A DNA stretch of 55,470 bases. Origin: Bigelowiella natans CCMP2755 (taxonomy: Eukaryota > Protista > Cercozoa). The stretch lies in NCBI GenBank assembly GCA_000320545.1, contig ADNK01000839.1, positions 1 through 55,470 on the forward strand, given 5' to 3'. Below, piece after piece: positions 44,143 to 55,470 of this stretch (position 1 is the stretch's first letter; each line of letters begins with the position of its first letter). The position numbers and the translations under genes are program-made. The notes below the pieces were generated by a model. It was given only the letters and a program-made list of their open reading frames with translations. It made no database searches and was not told the DNA's origin.

Positions 44143-44736
44143 TCCTTCTCTCTTTTTCTCTCTTTCTCTCTTTCTCTCAGGTTCGGTGATGCTGTTGCTA
44201 ACTACCGTTCATCCCAGGATCTACGAAAGACGTCACAACCTTGATCTACGACACACATGAAATATACATTTAGAAGAAGCACTCGGTTTCCACATGTTCG
44301 TCTTCGCTCTCCCCCCCCCCCCCACCCACCCCCCTCTTCCCCTCTCCACAGCACCATCGCCGGCTCAGGATGAGTGGGGTCAACAAGGCAAGCGTTCGTC
44401 GGACTTTCATTCGTGCGCGCATTCTTCTGCCGAGGCATTGACACCACCATCACCACTACTAATGCTACGACGACTACCACTTACTGCTACTATAGCTTAG
44501 ACCTTTGGGTAGGCTTGAAATAATCCATCGATCCCCTCAGGAGTCGTAACACTGACAATGATGAGGCCAATCATAGCAACGTTAGATGTATCCGTAGTTA
44601 CCAACTAGACTCCATGCGCGTGTTGTATCAACAAACAAATAGATGATGCAGCTCAGTAGTAGCTCACGTACACGTTGACGAAGGTGATTCGCTCTTCCGC
44701 GACGCCTTGCTGCAAGAAGGAGGCAATAAGCGATGA

Positions 44737-44780
<44 letters not shown>

Positions 44781-44871
44781 GAGAGAGAGGAGAGAGGCGA
44801 AATATCAAAGTAATCACACACGCACAAACGCACACACACAGCCATAAGAACCCTAGAGAAAGAGAGAGAGA

Positions 44872-44907
<36 letters not shown>

Positions 44908-45162
44908 AGAGGGAGATGATTGACGGAAAGAGAGTAGCACGCATGCGCTATAATGTTGCTTCTTCTCGCCATTCCGTCAATTCTACTTTTTTGAGCTCCT
45001 TAATCGCCAGCTTTGCGCTCCCCCCTTTGTTTTTACCAAGAAGGTGTTATGATGGCTGGACGATCATCATCATTTCGGACGCTTATCGATGCAGCAGCAT
45101 CAATGTGCGAACGCTATGCTTCTCGCACCCACACACGCGCACACGTACAAAAATATGTTCGC

Positions 45163-45202
<40 letters not shown>

Positions 45203-45571
45203 GCAGGTTTCCCCTCCCTCCTGACCTGTAGCAAGCATAGGGTCGAGCAGTAGGACATGCCTGCATCCAAACGTAAACAATAAAGACAAAGTAACACGAC
45301 CCCAAACGATGTGCGATCTGGGGTCCACATGTATGCATACGCTCGCAGGATTTTCTCCCCTCAGCGTAATACTCATCAGGTGTATTACAATTCTTCCATC
45401 CCCCCCCTCCTCTTCTCTCCTACCATCACCATCACCACCATCTTGCTACCTTCGCGCAATGTCACCGGGGAACTTGACGTATGAGAGGTGGGCTCGTTTC
45501 TCGGGATCTTCCTCGTCTCTCTGAGAGTGCATGGGAGGGGGCCGTGAGTGGTGGTGATACACCAGCAATCG

Positions 45572-45639
<68 letters not shown>

Positions 45640-45998
45640 TATGTAACCTGGATTAAGACTTTGCCAATTCGCACACCTTTGGCAACGGACCTAATGGCGT
45701 GGGGAGAGTAAATGCACACACGCACTGTGTGTGTGTGTTTGTGTGTGCACTGTATGCAATGTGAACGTACCTTAACCCGGCCACCATGCTATCGCCTGCT
45801 CGCATGATCGACACCTTTTGTTCAGAGTTGTTGCCGCAGTAGTGTTACAAAACTGTGTGTGGTTTTCTTGAATGGAGGCTATTCCTTTCATCATTATCAT
45901 CGTTCATCACTCGCCGTGCGTACCCCAACGACTCTTTCCCTGAAGTCAAGTCCGTAGAAAGGCACTGCTGTTGGCGTCATAACCTTTTCCCAACACAC

Positions 45999-46073
<75 letters not shown>

Positions 46074-46578
46074 ATGACTAAATGATTTGTACGCATGGTG
46101 TGCGGTGCTGTGCTGTGCTTCTGTACGGTTTTCGATTAATGATAATATCACCACGGAAGGAGCGAAAGGGAGCTTAGATAACGCCTGATGTGGCCGAGGA
46201 AAAGAGGGAGAGAAGGGGAGGGGGGGTGAGGGGGGTGAGAGGGGAGACGTTCGAAAAATACGAACATTGTTACAGTGGAAAGAGAGAGGAGGAGGAGGAG
46301 GGGGAGTAGGAGAAGGTTGACAATTTCATTCGTCACTCAACGTTGGTTGCTGTTGCTGTTATATTGTTGCTGCAACCTGTGTGTTGGTGGCAGTATTATT
46401 ATTGTTATTATTATTATTATTAGTAGTAGTAGTAGTAGTAGTTATGAAAGTAGTAGTAGTAGTAGTAGTAGTAGTAGCAAATCCAGCAGTATTGGCACCT
46501 GCTCAATGAGGAGACGAATGATTCGGTTCGAGTAGAAAACGAAGTCGTCCCTCGCCGTGACTCTGCCATGTTGCCAAT

Positions 46579-46613
<35 letters not shown>

Positions 46614-47131
46614 ATCATCATATCATCAAAAATAACCACAAGCAAATCAGAACTTCGGAGATAGGATGATGACGACAACGGTGCAACGCCCTACGACACC
46701 ATCATTGCGAGGACACATGCAACGTCTCTCTATTCTACCTCGTAAAGCACATACTCGCAAACACACACACACACACACATAGACACCACGTCATAATCGG
46801 CTAAAAACCTGTCGCGTATGATGGTGTGGAGAGCTAGGCCCTGAGCATAATGTATTTGGAGAGTGAGTGGGCGTGTGTGACACACAGAGAGGATGTTAAT
46901 TAACATTGACGAATTGCTATTATATTCCTCGAACAATACCCCACAGCCTCACCACTAGGTAGTCAAGGATACACAGAATAGCCAACATCGCATTTGCTAA
47001 CAATATTTTCTGTATTATTACCTGGGCTGTAAGCGGCAGAATGTCCAGGTTCTCGTACTTTTCCATGAGCTCTTTGTGAAATCTATGACATTATATATCA
47101 TCTTATTGGATTAATGCTTGCACACGTGTGT

Positions 47132-47180
<49 letters not shown>

Positions 47181-47794
47181 TTTGTGTGTGTTTGAGTTTT
47201 GTATAGCTTTGTGCATTGGAAAATTCGTAATTTATGACGCTCTCTCTCTCTCTCTATCTATCTCTTCATCTCGATATCGCTCAGAAGGATGACTGTAAGG
47301 AGGATAAGCGTCATTTATCGTCTCTAATTACTCTTGGTAGTGTTTCAAATCCTTGACTTGCTCCTGTTCTCCCTTTGCTTCTGCAACGGCCTCGCCCCTG
47401 CCCGTCAATATAACATATGTAATGATCAGGCCCGGTAGCGATCGATAAGCAATCGCTGTAGCTACCGACATGCTGTGCCGTCGTACAAAGGGTGTATCTA
47501 AAGGTTCAACCTGAAACTACTGATGGTAAAGCCCATGCCTGCTACGGTCACCACGGAGGTCCCGAAACCTACGGCCTTCGCAGAGAGGGGGCTGCGGAAA
47601 CGCGCCGCTGTGCCCCTCAGAGAGCGGGTGGCAGCATTGCGGAGAGAGGTTCCTAAATGTTTGTTTTATAAGTGGTCATTGCTGTGCTGCTGCCTCGATT
47701 TCGAAACCGCAAATCCGAGTGCCCGGGACAAGCTTCCACCCCCCCATGCAAGCACCCACTTTACGATGACCTCACGAGCACGCATCTGCAACAT
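43587..47794 (-). CDS. UPRT: Uracil phosphoribosyltransferase with N-terminal mitochondrial-type extension (about 20 exons)
   Basis: Exons GLALHTIIRD|..DDFVFYSNRIIRLLIEQ|ALSKLPF|VMTPT|VSIMRAGDSM|IGKVLIQ|RDEE|VLLLDPMLATG|GSA|YILPGLGDFGDR|YFGT match FUR1/UPRT motifs. Confidence 0.95.
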
Positions 47795-48340
47795 CCCTAC
47801 CGCACCTCGATTGAACAAAGCTCTTAACATAGCTACGGACGATCAAGCGGGTCTGATAAAACTGTTCGGGGCCCGGGTCTGGACAATCGGGCCTGATGGC
47901 GGGTCGGGTTTTGTTCTACTTTCGGCTGGGGGGGATACCCAGTGCGTCTTCAGTCTTCAGACTACGGATGAAGAAGAATCGCACCCATTTTTTAATATTT
48001 CGTCCGATACATGCTAGTCGCCATGTTTCGACCGACCGAAACTGAATTTCCACATCGCACGAAAAATTAAGAGGTGGAGTTTCTGAGGAGTTCCAGAGTT
48101 CCCTGTGGTCTATTTTTTGTGCTGGAATTTCTTGACGATGACCGAAAAGATGCTGGGTGTGGTTGGTAGTTTTCCCGATCGATCTGTCCCTTTCTTGGGC
48201 CGAAGTCCTATGTCGCTACCAGCACCACTACACGCAGCCGATCCCTCCTCCAATCAGGATTGCAATTCAATTCGATTTGCTTTTGGTCGTTGTCCTTTTG
48301 GCATCTACATAAAAAAATACTCCACCCAACTCCATCAATA

Positions 48341-49597
48341 ATGGACCAACCCCGCACTGGTTTGAAAAGAGGAAAAAGGGAACGAAATCTTTCCAGCCGG
48401 CCAGAGAAAAAGAAGAATATCAATAAGGCAGTGATTGAAAATAGACTTGTCAGAATACGGGACTCTATAAAACAAAAACTTGAGAGGTTTCCAATTATGC
48501 GGGATAAAATGTTAAAATTATCAGCACGGAAAAACTGGAACGCTGCCCTGTATGTGCCGATTATCCTTGACTATTTGCCATCCGATCTCGTGCTCGAGAA
48601 TGATCATCCCGGAATTGTGAAGGCGGTAACGTTCTCGTCGGATGGAAAATTTGTAGCTAGCGCAAGTTATTGTGAAAATAATGTGCGTGTGTGGAACGCT
48701 TTTGACGGAAAGCAGATACTCGAGCTCAAAGGGCATACCAGTGTCGTGAACTCGATTGCGTTCTCCCCAAGACAGGATAGCTACCACATTGCTAGCGGTA
48801 GCGATGATGGTACAACGCGGATGTGGGACAGTATTTCTGGGAAAGAAGAAGATCGGTTTGACCGGTCAGATAACAGTAGTCTTCCTTGCTGTTGCCTCGC
48901 GGTATCGATATGTCCAAACGGTTACTTCGTCGCCAGCGGTTATGACGACGGGGGAGTGTTGCTCTGGAACGCTATGACGAAGAACACAGGAGTCACGCCT
49001 TTGATTGTACTCGATAGTGGCGACAGTATTCGTCTTGAAGGTCTATATATGGCGTTGACAACATCCTCATCTTACAGCGGCATCTATCGCATAGCAAGAG
49101 CTTGGGACAACATGGTTCGGATCTGGGAGATCTCGAGCCGACAAGATGGGAGGGGAGTTTTTGACTTTTCGTTTTTTAAAACGCGGCTGGTGATGGAAAT
49201 AAGCAACGAAAAATTCCCATACGACCCAGAAAATTGCCAAGCAGTTGCGTTCTCCGATGACGGCGAATACATCGCTAGCGCTTGGAACGGGATAATCTTG
49301 ATATCGGACACAATTACCGGGCAAAAACTACACGAGTTCAAAGCTAGAACGAACATTGTAAGATCGCTGGCGTTCTTCCCGGGCGGTGATTATCTTGTAA
49401 GCGCAGGAGACCGGGAAGGAACAATACAAATATGGCGTCCTCCGAAAGGGGATCTTGTCTTAGAACTTAGAGGACACTGTGGAGCAGTAACATCCGTGAC
49501 GTTATCCATGGATGGCCGATTTCGTCTTGCGAGCGCGAGTTGCGACAAGACAGTTCGAGTTTGGGAGGTCCAGCATAGAATAATGATGAAACGCTGA
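48341..49597 (+). CDS. WD40-repeat protein, intronless, with basic N-terminus
   Basis: Repeated GH..V.S.AFS....ASGS.D.T.R.W units. The likely ATG is 48341 (MDQPRTGLKRGKR), not the upstream TTG. Confidence 0.9.
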   Translation: MDQPRTGLKRGKRERNLSSRPEKKKNINKAVIENRLVRIRDSIKQKLERFPIMRDKMLKLSARKNWNAALYVPIILDYLPSDLVLENDHPGIVKAVTFSSDGKFVASASYCENNVRVWNAFDGKQILELKGHTSVVNSIAFSPRQDSYHIASGSDDGTTRMWDSISGKEEDRFDRSDNSSLPCCCLAVSICPNGYFVASGYDDGGVLLWNAMTKNTGVTPLIVLDSGDSIRLEGLYMALTTSSSYSGIYRIARAWDNMVRIWEISSRQDGRGVFDFSFFKTRLVMEISNEKFPYDPENCQAVAFSDDGEYIASAWNGIILISDTITGQKLHEFKARTNIVRSLAFFPGGDYLVSAGDREGTIQIWRPPKGDLVLELRGHCGAVTSVTLSMDGRFRLASASCDKTVRVWEVQHRIMMKR

Positions 49598-50189
49598 GCA
49601 GATGTATTATTTTTTTAGACTTTGACTTATTTAGAGACTACGATATGTGTTTTACGCGATGCATGCATAATATACATAGCATATCACATTCTCTCCGATC
49701 GATCGATCTCTCGATCGATCACTCGTTTCAAGTGATACTAATGACTGGCAACCAGCGGCCGCGCGCTTGTTATGATGCTATGTATAGTATTGTTATTAGC
49801 TTTCGCGGTGCATGATCGATGTCATTTCACGTATACGTTGCGTACATGTAGCTGGGATTAGCTGTCTAGCGAACACATCTTGTGTGTCGATCATGATGTA
49901 TCAGGAATACTGTCACTAGCTGGGCATGGTGGTAGCAGAGGCCCGGCGTCGATCTTCTGCTCACGACATCGATCTACAACTACACATGCATGTCTTGTGC
50001 CAATGTGCATGTTATACATGCAGGCATGCATACGATGCACGTACGTACGTAAGATTGTAGATGGATGTACAAGTAGCCATATTAAATGCATTGCCGCCTT
50101 CAGCGCTGCTGTTTATTAGCCTATGCACAATGTGTTTCACTCATGTGTTGCTTGTGAATTGTATCCTCTTTATTTTAACCCCCACACGT

Positions 50190-50221
<32 letters not shown>

Positions 50222-50244
50222 ACTCCCTTCTTCGATTTTTTACT

Positions 50245-50319
<75 letters not shown>

Positions 50320-50572
50320 TATGTAAACGAGTTAGTGGCAACATATGTGTTAATTATCAACGAATTTACCATCGCATTACAGATTATGTGCAGCGTGATG
50401 AGAAAGTGACATATCGCTTATTTCACATACGTGCACACAACCATCCACTTCAGCAGCAACCACGCTAGGGTTAGAATTGGACATAAAATTTCTTCCAAAC
50501 CTACTATTTTGCTACCACAACTACTCTCTACATCTATGAGAAATCAACTTTTTGTAAGTCGACGTTAATCTC

Positions 50573-51436
50573 TTATGCCTTCAAAGCATATCTGCGGAGT
50601 GGGTAGTAAGAATCCTTCTTCTGCTGCTTTTGAGTCTTTTTGTTTGCCCAGTAGGAGGAAAGCGCACGGCGCATAGCACGCGTCTGTTTCTTTCTCAGGT
50701 CAAGAGGAATGAACTTGCTCTTAAGAGAAGCCTTTTTGAGTGCGTTCTGAGATGTATACCAGAGCGTTAACGAAAGAATAAAATGCAGTGTAGAAGAGTC
50801 ACAAAAATACCGCATACACTTCTTTTTGATGTTTCAATGTTTTTGTTGGGATATTACCCTGCGCTTTTCATTGTAGACAGTTAGGACACGAGCAATCGAT
50901 TTTCGGATCACCTTACTGAGAAAATAACGAGAAGTGTGATTTAGAGATTACTCAAAGATCAAAAAGTAATCTAGGGGGGTTAGGGACACGAAAGCTCTTT
51001 ATATGTTAATTGTCGTATTGATTCATAAAGGTGCAATTGATACTTCAGTTAAATTGCAACAGAGAGGACATGTTACGCATGAGATGAATAAATCACACGC
51101 ACATTTTTGAAAGCTTGGAAGGTCCTCCCTGCCCGGAAACTTTGGACACGCGAAGCTGGGAGAGCTCAGTGCGAAAGCTATCTAATTGCTGTAGAAGATC
51201 GCTATTCTTCTTTTCGCGAAGTTCATGTGCCTTAATCTTTCCCTGATAGAAAAATTATGTGTATGTCAGCCTTGCTGTAATGTGTCCTACATGCATGACT
51301 AATACTCGTTCTTCATATCCTTTCATTGACATATACATTCATATCAAATTCAGAAAGTATAAAGGTTTCCCTAACTCCTCTTGAGGATAGCCCCATGTCT
51401 ACAACCCCCACCCCTTCCCAAGGTTTCAGGCACCAT
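50573..51436 (-). CDS. RPL35: 60S ribosomal protein L35 (uL29)
   Basis: M|[47 protein letters not shown]|[19 protein letters not shown]|[30 protein letters not shown]. The first exon is ATG only, at 51434-51436 (alternative 51732-51734). Confidence 0.95.
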
Positions 51437-52246
51437 TTTCGTGTGCGGACTCCTTTCGGGCAATATGGTGTTGAATTCGCCGACCTACAGTCAAAATAGC
51501 ATAGATCAAAAGATATAATTAGTATTATAGGATTTTCCGAAATATTCGAAATACAGGTCATATTTTTCACATATTGGTGTAATTTTTGAATATGTAATAA
51601 AATTACAGCTGAATATGTTAACTAATTAGATAATAGTATGATGAACCGTGTACCTATATCTATAGGAAAAATAGGGCTAATTTGAGGGAAACTTGTAGAA
51701 TCCCGTTACTCCCTGGAAAAGTTTTCAACACCATGCCTTCAGCCCAAAATTTGATCTATGCGACAACAGATCTTGTGGATATTTCTGAAATTGATGATAC
51801 TTAGTAAGTCTTTTGTGTGCGACTACCTTATTTGGCTATTATAGTGCCAATTTTAATATTTGTTAAATTTATCCTGTATTTGCTTCTGAAAGACAATTAC
51901 TACCCCTTGTCGTAGTGGTATAACTGGGAAGCAGCCCTTCGTAAGGGCTCTCCGACTCCCTCAGCTTCTGCACGCTACCCGCCTCAACTTCGAGGCGTTT
52001 CGGTCAGGACACAACTTCACTTCACAAGAGTTTTGATTTTGGGCTCGATTCAAGGATACTGTTGAGAAATCGAGCCGGGAGTTTCCCGTTGCACGAGATC
52101 AATTTCTAAGAACGCTCTCAAAAAGAAATCCTGACGAATAATGATTTGTTTCTGTTTGTCGGACTCGATTGACTCGAAGCTCATTAAACCTTCGATTATC
52201 TGTGAAATGATATCATTTACACGCGATTAGGTTGTAGAACGCAGGT

Positions 52247-54100
52247 ATGGAAACAGTCGCATCCTCTTCCGGTGATGAGAAACACGATGTACAGTCGATC
52301 CTTAACTATGTATCGGAAGTCGTTAGTGCAGATCTCAGCGTGCAAGAAGGTAAATCCATCACAAATCTTGTTCCAATTATTGTATAACATGAATGCAAGC
52401 ACACTGTATCTCCGGCGCGTCTCATTTGTCCATATTCGCCTCGGTCGTAAGTGATGCGAGAACAAACGAAAAGATACCAGAATACTACTCAGCGTACTGT
52501 CTCGTGTGTGCTGTTCATATCTGTTGTCTTCTACACATTACATATTGTATTATGTACGAGAATCATTGAGTGAATATACTCTGAAGTATTGAAAGCCAAA
52601 TGTACCCCCTTCTTCCAATATCCATTGTTTCACCTGATCACCTTCGATGTCCTACTTTATTCAGATTCAAAGAAAAACTACTCAGATGAGTCCATATGTT
52701 CTCTCATGATGAACGGTAAGCGGCGGCGGCGAGACCAATCGAGAAACTCAATAGTTAACGCGGTGACGGCCAAGGTGATAAAGAAGTGCTCGCACAAGGT
52801 ATGTATGCCATGAGGAGCATGATCGCAAACGATCATCCAAGGTTTTGGCTCAAGCAAAACTACAACATTGCGTACTCCACCATTGTAGAGCATAGAGAGG
52901 CATGGGAACTTGGCCATTTTTGTCAAAAGTAGAAAACACTAACTTGATGCATGTTGGGTGTTTGCGATTATCTTCCTCCGGGCAACAGCTGCTGTCAGCC
53001 ATAAATTCGAACCAATCTCTCACACACCTGGACCTCACGCGGAACAGCTTAGATGTGGGGATGGTAATCACATCTAAATGTACTTTAAATTTACGCATGT
53101 ATTATAAAACAAAATGTGTAGTTTTGGCTCCAATATTAAGAAAGCTTCACATTTTCCCAATTCTCTTTTCCAGCGCACCCCGGTTTAACCCCCCTCTTCC
53201 CCTCGATTTCACAACAGGGAAGTCTTATCGGTGTACTACTCGAGAAGAACATGACGCTCACTCACCTGAATCTGTCGCACAATAGGGTCAGTAGTAGCAT
53301 GCCGATGATAGCAACACATGCACACCAAAAAACAGGCATGTTACGAAGTGTGCGGCAAAGAAGACTACGGCAACCGAGCCGCGTTAGTGATTTCTGTTTG
53401 TTTGTGAGTGAGCTTCTTTGTCATTGTTGCTTGTTCAACGTTGTTGTTGCTGCTGCTGCTGCTTCTGCGGCGTCTGCTGTCCTTTTCACTTCGCCGCCGC
53501 CTCAATCAATTACCGCTACCAAACTACTTAGATCGGCGAGGAGGGATGTATTCGCATTGCAGAAGGGATCGGCAAGAACGTCAAGACAAGGCTGCGCGAG
53601 CTAGATCTAAGCTATAACACAGTATACAACGAGGGTGGGCAGGCACTGGGACAAATGATCAGAGCTAACGCCTCCCTGAGAACGTACGTACAACAATGCG
53701 TCCTTTCACCATCAGCAAGCCACGACTATATTCACGTGTTGTTACTTCTCACATAAACTTCCCGAAAGCCTGCGAGCAGGGGGTAGCATTCGTGTGTTGC
53801 TCGACGATTTGTAGCCATAAACCTCCTCCCCTCCACCTCCTCCCCTCACTCATCCCCCGCCCCCCCAAAAACAGGTTGAATCTTACCCACTGTGGCATTT
53901 TTGTGGAGGGGTCAAAGGCGATAATGGCCGCCGTCGCAAGGAACGCAACTCTCCAGAAACTGCACTACGCCAACAACAGTACTTGGATCGACGGGGCAGA
54001 TGTGTGCGCGCAGATGCTGGCAGTCAACACTAGTCTGCTGTACCTCGGTAATACATAAGACTTTCCACTTCGATCTTGCTCTCGAGGGAGGGGGCCATAA

Positions 54101-54145
<45 letters not shown>

Positions 54146-54383
54146 TGTGTGTGTGTATCTTCGTGCTGCCTGGAGATGAATAGCTTCCCGATATGATGCT
54201 GTTCGGTCGCAGTCTGCCTGGAATAATTTCTCGTTTGTTTGGTTCTCCCTCCTCCCAACATACCCCATTATCCATAGACGTTAGCAGCAACTTCTTGTAC
54301 GCTGATGGGACGAAACTCATCGCCAAAGGGCTCGAGGTGAATCAGGTGTGATCGGCCGTTTGTTCCTATCTATCTACTCCACA

Positions 54384-54437
<54 letters not shown>

Positions 54438-54464
54438 AAACCACTTCTGATTCCAAGGGCAAAA

Positions 54465-54505
<41 letters not shown>

Positions 54506-55470
54506 GTCGTCGCAGTGGTGGGATTATGTAGCAATGATGAATAGCACACAGCTCGGCGAGACTGATGCGTTTTTTGCACCGTTTTACTGTGGTATTCGCC
54601 GTCCATGAAGGCGCTGGAGGATCTGTTAATAAGCTCGAACGAACTAGACGACGACGGTGCGAAGTACCTCGCCCACGCATTGAAGACCAATCGCACCTTA
54701 AAGGTTGCGGTCATATTATAGCACACACGACGCACTCACGTACTTACGTTCGTACACACACCCATGCATAATACACGCATCCCCTGGTCAGACCCTAGTG
54801 CTGCACGACAACCTAATGAGCGGCAAAGCTGCCAAGGCCCTCGCCAGCGCCCTGAGCAAGAACGACACGCTGCAGTGCCTCCACTTGTGCGAAAACCAAA
54901 TCGGAGCTTCAGGTTATAGCAAATAGATCATATGTATCATATTATTTATGGGCATCGATGATAATAATTATGATGATAATAGTATTAACAACATGATGGC
55001 ACGCTGCTGCTGCTGCTGTTCTTGGGCCTTCGCCGGTCATCTGCAACTACTGATTCTTGCTGCCATGGTTGAACCAGGTGTGGAGGCGCTGGCGAAGGTG
55101 CTGAAGAAGAACTTTGGGCTGAAGAAGCTGCACCTCGCAGACAACGATCTTGTCGCGAGCTCCATCAAAAGTTAGTCGCAGTAGTACTCCCACAAGAGTC
55201 ATCCTCAAGAGGGGGGGGGGGCAATGGAGGGGGTGTGCAGGGAGCGTTCTTTCTACCAGTCGTGCTTGTCGTTGCTGACACGATGACTCGCCCATCATCC
55301 CTGAAAATGCTGCGAATAGTAACAATACTAATGATAACAACAACGACCAGGTCTGACGCGCGTTCTGCAGAAGGGAGGGAGCGTAACGGAACTCAACTTA
55401 TCCCACAACCGCTTGGAAGTACGTACGCAAAGCACGTGCAACCGGGATGGGGGTTCGGGGGGGGGGGGGA
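52247..55470 (+). CDS. RNI-like (NLRC3-type) leucine-rich repeat protein, truncated by the window end
   Basis: Many exons with N.tL..L.L..N.i...G...la repeats, e.g. NQSLTHLDLTRNSL, NMTLTHLNLSHNR, NDTLQCLHLCENQIGASGVEALAKVL. Confidence 0.9.

Noticed and set aside
47523-48017. 164-aa plus-strand ORF
   Set aside because: It is an antisense shadow of the UPRT 5' exons and promoter.
51250-51330. Possible C/D snoRNA in the RPL35 intron (ATGAAGA...CTGA on the minus strand)
   Set aside because: The C box is imperfect, there is no convincing terminal stem, and I could not identify an rRNA target. snoscan would be needed.
51903-52052. tRNA/Pol III-like motifs (GTAGTGGTATAAC, GGCTCGATTC) and a small hairpin
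   Set aside because: No cloverleaf can be built and the boxes are mismatched and far apart.

Overview
Gene-dense, intron-rich eukaryotic nuclear DNA with microsatellite-filled GT/GC-AG introns. Most ORFs in the supplied track are spurious microsatellite or intron translations. Two genes carry signal-peptide plus basic transit-peptide leaders, and one adds a twin-arginine lumen signal. This points to an alga with a complex plastid, most consistent with a chlorarachniophyte (inference). Manual splicing recovers about 16 host genes in almost perfectly alternating orientation: acylphosphatase(-), DUF3011-like protein(+), sulfotransferase-like(-), thylakoid-lumen protein(+), small membrane protein(-), weak hypothetical(+), TMEM184(-), GPI(+), rhodanese(-), 2TM/coiled-coil protein(+), SFT2(-), class V aminotransferase(+), UPRT(-), WD40(+), RPL35(-) and an RNI-type LRR protein(+, truncated). 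The standout is an intact, very young Ty3/Gypsy-order LTR retrotransposon (6929-12644; identical 326-bp LTRs, GCAT TSD) inserted in a divergent promoter. Its single Gag-Pol ORF has a compact D-x27-E integrase and ends in a degenerate DNA N6-adenine methyltransferase-like domain of the kind known from DIRS elements. Exon boundaries and domain calls were made by eye and need computational confirmation.
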